From NCBI GenBank assembly GCA_907165135.1, contig OU015567.1:5828001-5892000 (forward strand): a stretch of DNA of 64,000 nt, written 5' to 3'. The DNA is from Oikopleura dioica (lineage: Eukaryota; Animalia; Chordata). The position numbers were made by a program, and so were the translations under genes. Shown piece by piece: positions 59,501 to 64,000 of the stretch. Every line of letters starts with the position of its first letter. Within the stretch, counting starts at the first letter, position 1. The notes beneath the pieces are model-generated. The model was not told the origin of the DNA, made no database searches, and worked only from the letters and a program-made list of their open reading frames with translations.

Positions 59501-62500
59501 ACAACAATTCTGTTTCGATCGAAATGAATGCTACAAGAATGGAAAACCAGGCCGCGAATAGTAAGCTTGAAAACCTACCGCGTGGAAACAGGAACTCGTT
59601 AATTTTTAGAAAGATCCGAAAGTTTAGCACCTGCCTAAATCTTGTCTGTTTATAATTTTGACAAGATTCGCTCTTCTAACTTTATCCCGACTCGAGAGTC
59701 TTATTTCTGACTCATTAATTTTTGCTCGAATTTCGTTTCTTACTACAGTAAAATTACTGTTCAAAATCGAGAAGCCGCTTGCGGCTTCGAGCAAAGTAAG
59801 AAAGGAAAGCCGCGCTTCGCGCGGCTTAATTCTTCTCAAGCTCGAAGCCGCAAGCGGCTTCTCGATTTTGAACAGTAATTTTACTGTAGTAAGAAACGAA
59901 ATTCGAGCAAAAATTAATGAGTCAGGAATGAGAATCACGGTTATAATTTTAAAATTAAAAAAATGGTTCTAAAAAGAAATGAACGGGAAAAAAGCTACGA
60001 AGTGTGCGTGTAACGCTCGACTTACACGAATGGATAAACCGAGGCGACGACCGACGGTTTCTTTCTTCGACAAACAAAGTCAAAGTCGAGCATTCCCTGT
60101 ACAGCGCGATTCTGCAAGCCCCAGATGATCGCTTGCGTGTCTTTTGTAAATAAACTTTGCGCCTTGGAAACAGCTGTTTTCAACAAATCCTTGCTCGCTT
60201 CTGCTTTTCTTTCTTCCTGATCAGTTCCGGCGCGCGATCGGCTTTGAGGAGTTTGAGCTCCTGAACCAGCGGCGCCGCTGCCGAGAACGTTTGATGACGA
60301 TGTTGAGAGCAAGAAGTTGGCGGTGGTGCTCGCTCGCGATTGATTAGAACGCGAGGCGGTGGTGGTGGCACGTTGGCCAAGCGCCATCGCCACCACCGCT
60401 GTCATGTGCGTTTCGGGACCGAAAACGTGGAGGGGGACGCCCAGTGTGTCGCCCAGCTCTTTCATTACACGTAGACCTTCCTAAAAGTAAATTTTGCAGA
60501 AAATACTTCGAGAAATCTGATTTGATTTTCAGAAAATTCGCAACGAGAATCTAATTTTGCGATTTCTCCGAAGTAAATAAATTATTTTTCTTTATAAAAA
60601 AATTGAGAAGCCGCTTGCGGCTTCGAGTAACCAGTTTTAAAGCAGCGCGAAGCGCGGCTTTTGAACTTTTCCTCCTCGAAGCTCGCAAGCGGCTTCTCGA
60701 TCTTTTTATAAATTATTTTTAAGAAATCGAGAAACAACTCTCTAGAGGCGAGTGTTTTAATAATAAAATCATTGATTTTAATTAATTCTTCCGTGAATTG
60801 ATAAAACGCTTCATTTTTACTGCTTTTGAATTTTGAATTATGATTTACCTGGTAATTTGGACCACCTCTGCGGACGAAAATCTGAGTTTTATGCTCTTGA
60901 AGTTGGAGCTGGTATTCCTTGAGTGCTCTGACGATGCCCTTGAATGTGGCAGCGACGTTGGTGAAGTTGGCGATTCCGCCGCCGATGATGAGTTTTTTCC
61001 CATCTGGATGAGGATGTCTCGTGAGGAGGGAAAGAATGGTCCTGGCGTAGTCGTAAGTTTGCTGCTCGCTGGGCGCGCCAGAATATTCGCCGTAATTGGC
61101 GAGTTCCGAAGTTCCGCCGAGCTCGCAAATTGTGTCGCTAGAAAAACACCATAAGAAAATAGAACAGCATGTGATGTCTAATTTGAGAGGGCGAGAAATG
61201 GATGAGCTTCCATATCTTTCAATGATTAGCTGGATTCAACAACCGGTCGGTCGTCCAACGGTGTGGTAAATAAAACCGTGTGTCTTTGGCTTGTTCCGTC
61301 ATTCTTGCGGTTTATTGAGTCACTCAACACCCGGACAACGTGACCAAAAGCATGTTCCGAAAATGCCACCCGAAAATAACCTAGTTTTAATTTTCTAGCG
61401 CCGCGCTACTTCACCGAATTAGCTTTCGCAAGTCAATTCAATTACAACTAGACTCAACTGAAATCAAGGAAGACTACCAGTTTTTATAAAAAATAGCCTG
61501 GGGTTCTGGGCTCAGCAACCTTTGTAGAAAACCTGAGTCAGAGTTCTTAAAGACCCTGACTCAGGGATAACTGACAGCCGCGTAGCGGCTTTCTTGAAAA
61601 GAAGCCGCAAAACGGCTTCGCCAGAGTTTTGGTTCTATGCATTATTGGCAAATCATTTTTCATAACCCTGACTCAGGTTTTCTACACAGGTTCCGAACTT
61701 GGCCAAGGTAAAAATTAACACTGAAGCTAATTTGAAATACGTCTTGGAATAAATTCTGACCTGTAAATGACGGAAGCGCCGCCGCCAGCAACCATGGTCC
61801 AGATGTTGCCCTTTGGATTCAAGATCGTTAGCTTCATTGATGAGCCGGATTTAGCGTCGAGCTCGGCAATATACTTTTCCTCCGGAAAGGCATCACGTCC
61901 GAATGGGGGCGGAAAGGTTATCGAGCCCCATTCCCGCGAGCAAATGTACTCAGCGCACTGAAAATGTCAATTCAATAATTTTAATTAAAAAGTTAATTTT
62001 AAAAAATTTCTAGAACAATATGTTTACTAAAAAAATATTTTCAAAAATTTTCTTTTTAGTTGTAGTTGTGGGAAAAATAAAAAAATATTGAGTAAACAAT
62101 TTGTTCTAGAAATTTTTCCCAAAATTTGGGATTTCTGACCAATCAGATTCGAACATCGGGAGGCAGAATCCAATAAGAAGAATTCATGCTTGAATTAAGA
62201 TGAAAATCCATGACGAATTGCCCGTTTTCCCGGGCAGACTCACGAGTGAGCCATCAAACAGCCGATTAATGCGTTTCAAAGGTCGAAAAGATCAAACGAT
62301 TCGCCGCAAACGCTAAATTACCCAGGCCCGATCCCACGACTTCTGCCAACTTTTCAACACATCGTAATCGTAATAAGCTCAGCGTAATTTTATGTGTTCT
62401 CTTGTTGGAAGTTCACCCATCCCTGTTGAACTTTCATCATCATTCTAGTACCTGGTCAAGTTTGGCGGCCAAATCAAGGATGAAAACCTTCCCGTCTCGG

Positions 62501-63513
62501 ACAACAATAGGGTTGATTTCCATGTAAGCAAAGTAAAGCTTTCTGTAGACAGAAAATAGCCCAACAATGAATTCCGCGACGAGGCTTTTCTGCGCCGAAT
62601 CTTTCACTCCGCCCAACAGTTTTTCCTCGACCTCGGCTTTTTCAATAGCCTGGTCGACATCAACGTCCAAGCTGACGGCCTTATCATCGACGTCGCCGAT
62701 GTCGACTCCTCCCTCGTGATGGAAGAGGATCTTGTCGCCAGTTTTAGTCCCAAAATCGCCACGTACATTTCATCCTTTTCCTCGTGCGCCACGAACGGCT
62801 CGATGATGAAGTTCTTCAGCTTTCCACTCGTGTTTCCAATCGTAAAGGGCTCCTTCTGTTTCTCGGCAATCCAGCCTGCCGCTTCGTCGAGCGAGCATTT
62901 CACCTTCACAAGTCCTAATTTGCCTCTTCGCTTAATCAATTGATCAGGCTTGGCCACGAGAGAGCTGTCCTGCGCCCATGAATGGGAGGCCCTAAGTGCA
63001 CTGAAATCCGTGGCGGGATTCACTGCTATCGCCAGATTCTTATTTGCCACGCATGGCAAGTCGATATTGTTCCAGACAAGACGCTATTCCTGGCTGTTTT
63101 TAATCTATTTCTGTTTATCAGTTTTGAAAATGGGAAGAAAATGCGTCAATTTGAAAATGCATCAAATGCGAATTTTTTCTGCTTTTCTTCTGCAATTTTA
63201 CAAAATAGCTAGTACCGCGATTCTGATTCTTGAGTCAGGATTCCTAATAATTTAGAAGAAACATTGACCATTAAAAACCGAGAAGCCGCTTGCGGCTTCG
63301 AGACAAATTAATATAATAGCCGCGCTTTGCGCGGCTTTTTTAACTAAGCTAGAAGCCGCAAGCGGCCTCTCGGTCTTTCGTGGCCAATGTTTTTTTTCTA
63401 ATTTTTAAGATTCCTGACTCAGGAATCGGAATCGCGGTACTAGCTTTAGAAAATTACTGTAATTTATCAGCCTGTTCCTTCGCATCGAACTCACTAATCG
63501 CCTTCACTGACAT
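50550..63513 (-). CDS. ACLY: ATP-citrate lyase (single-chain, metazoan type)
   Basis: [44 protein letters not shown] (catalytic His), [31 protein letters not shown] and RHPWDDISY, in correct order across GT/GC/GA-AG introns. Confidence 0.98.
52189..52278 (+). CDS. 29-aa secreted-peptide-precursor-like micro-ORF ([29 protein letters not shown])
   Basis: Hydrophobic signal-like segment, KR dibasic site and a 9-aa tail. An acceptor-like ttttcataag lies just upstream and a GTGAGT donor overlaps the stop. Confidence 0.45.
   Translation: MRTAIFFTITAVFSARLSKRGGDGFNPWN
53168..56802 (+). CDS. SMYD1: SET/MYND lysine methyltransferase, SMYD1-like, nested in an ACLY intron
   Basis: [12 protein letters not shown] Cys pattern, FGIVSCNG...[31 protein letters not shown] and THGPEH. 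The RGLQ..GV and NHDC motifs resemble SMYD1 more than SMYD2/3 (from recall). Confidence 0.9.
55589..56417. mobile_element. Mutator/foldback-like non-autonomous element (829 bp) in a SMYD1 intron
   Basis: About 120-bp TIRs built from GTCGTCATCTGCCCAA tandem units, and a 9-bp TSD with one mismatch (GATAAATCT 55580-55588 / GATAAGTCT 56418-56426). Confidence 0.8.
59707..59925. repeat. Near-perfect hairpin, nested-palindrome family, ACLY intron
   Basis: 86-bp inverted arms (59707-59792, 59840-59925), each holding GAAGCCGCTTGCGGCTTC. The spacer is itself palindromic (AAGCCGCGCTTCGCGCGGCTT). Confidence 0.9.
60575..60720. repeat. Short nested-palindrome family member, ACLY intron
   Basis: GAGAAGCCGCTTGCGGCTTCGAG...CTCGAAGCTCGCAAGCGGCTTCTC. 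Confidence 0.75.
61500..61700. repeat. Nested-palindrome family member, ACLY intron
   Basis: CTGGGCTCAGCAACCTTTGTAGAAAACCTGAGTCAG...CCTGACTCAGGTTTTCTACACAGG. The left end is shared with 22109-22150. Confidence 0.75.
63207..63445. repeat. Nested-palindrome family member in ACLY intron 1
   Basis: Termini AGCTAGTACCGCGATTC / GAATCGCGGTACTAGCT, with TGAGTCAGG and GAAGCCGCTTGCGGCTTC units. Confidence 0.85.
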
Positions 63514-64000
63514 CCGGATCTGCTGCTGCGTCCGATTATTTGCGACGAGTGGCCTCTAGAATTTTCACAAAAATTAAAACGACGCTCCTGCCGGACTCTC
63601 TTTTGCCAATTCTGAGCAATTCAATCTGGCAAGGAAAGATTTTTTATACAGGGTGAGTTTATTCATTGATCTTCGCGTGATCAATATGCAGGCTCTTTTG
63701 ATTGAAAACTCGATCCAAATCAATCAGTCAGGGCTTACAGAAATACACAGTGAAACTACTATCGATACTTCTCTCTTTTCCTCTCCTTTTGGAAATTTTC
63801 ATGTTTTGGAGATTTGAGGAGAAAAGCTCGAAATTTGCAAATTCATTAAAAATCGTTAAATATTACAGTTACAGGAGGAGAAACAGAGAGAGAGCTTTAC
63901 ATAACAGAATTTGTACAATTGAAATTTTGGCCGATCGTTGTTGATTCGGCAGAATTAGGGCAGTTGGCAACAGTACGAAATTTACAAGAAGACATAAATG

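Noticed and set aside
62745-62765. Reading-frame shift inside an ACLY exon (ATTTTGGG where ATTTTTGGG gives IFGTKTGD)
   Set aside because: One missing T in a homopolymer of a conserved, otherwise intact gene, with no canonical slippery heptamer. An assembly indel is far more likely than programmed frameshifting. It also weakens pseudogene calls based on similar shifts at about 4900, 10940, 20700 and 22740.

Overview
Compact, AT-rich eukaryotic DNA with many 40-60 nt introns and some GC-AG and GA-AG introns. Gene style and content suggest a larvacean tunicate such as Oikopleura (inference). Well-supported genes: a DEKA/IFM voltage-gated sodium channel (minus), a divergent Cys-loop receptor subunit, and ATP-citrate lyase (minus, 50550-63513). 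A 5.5-kb ACLY intron holds an entire opposite-strand SMYD1-like gene and a 29-aa secreted-peptide-like ORF. Also present: a PLA2-like/EGF/VWA protein, a CUB protein, an intronless 721-aa repetitive secreted protein, duplicated C-type-lectin-like genes, an inverted pair of beta-propeller genes, a degenerate trypsin-like gene and a partial 7TM gene. Mobile DNA includes a truncated Penelope-like GIY-YIG element with inverted terminal repeats that each carry a minimal hammerhead ribozyme, hAT-, Tc1-, piggyBac- and Mutator-like MITEs with visible target-site duplications (TSDs), and a dispersed nested-palindrome family. Several 1-nt frameshifts fall in homopolymers, including one in ACLY, and are probably assembly errors. 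All gene models were assembled by eye and no database search was run.
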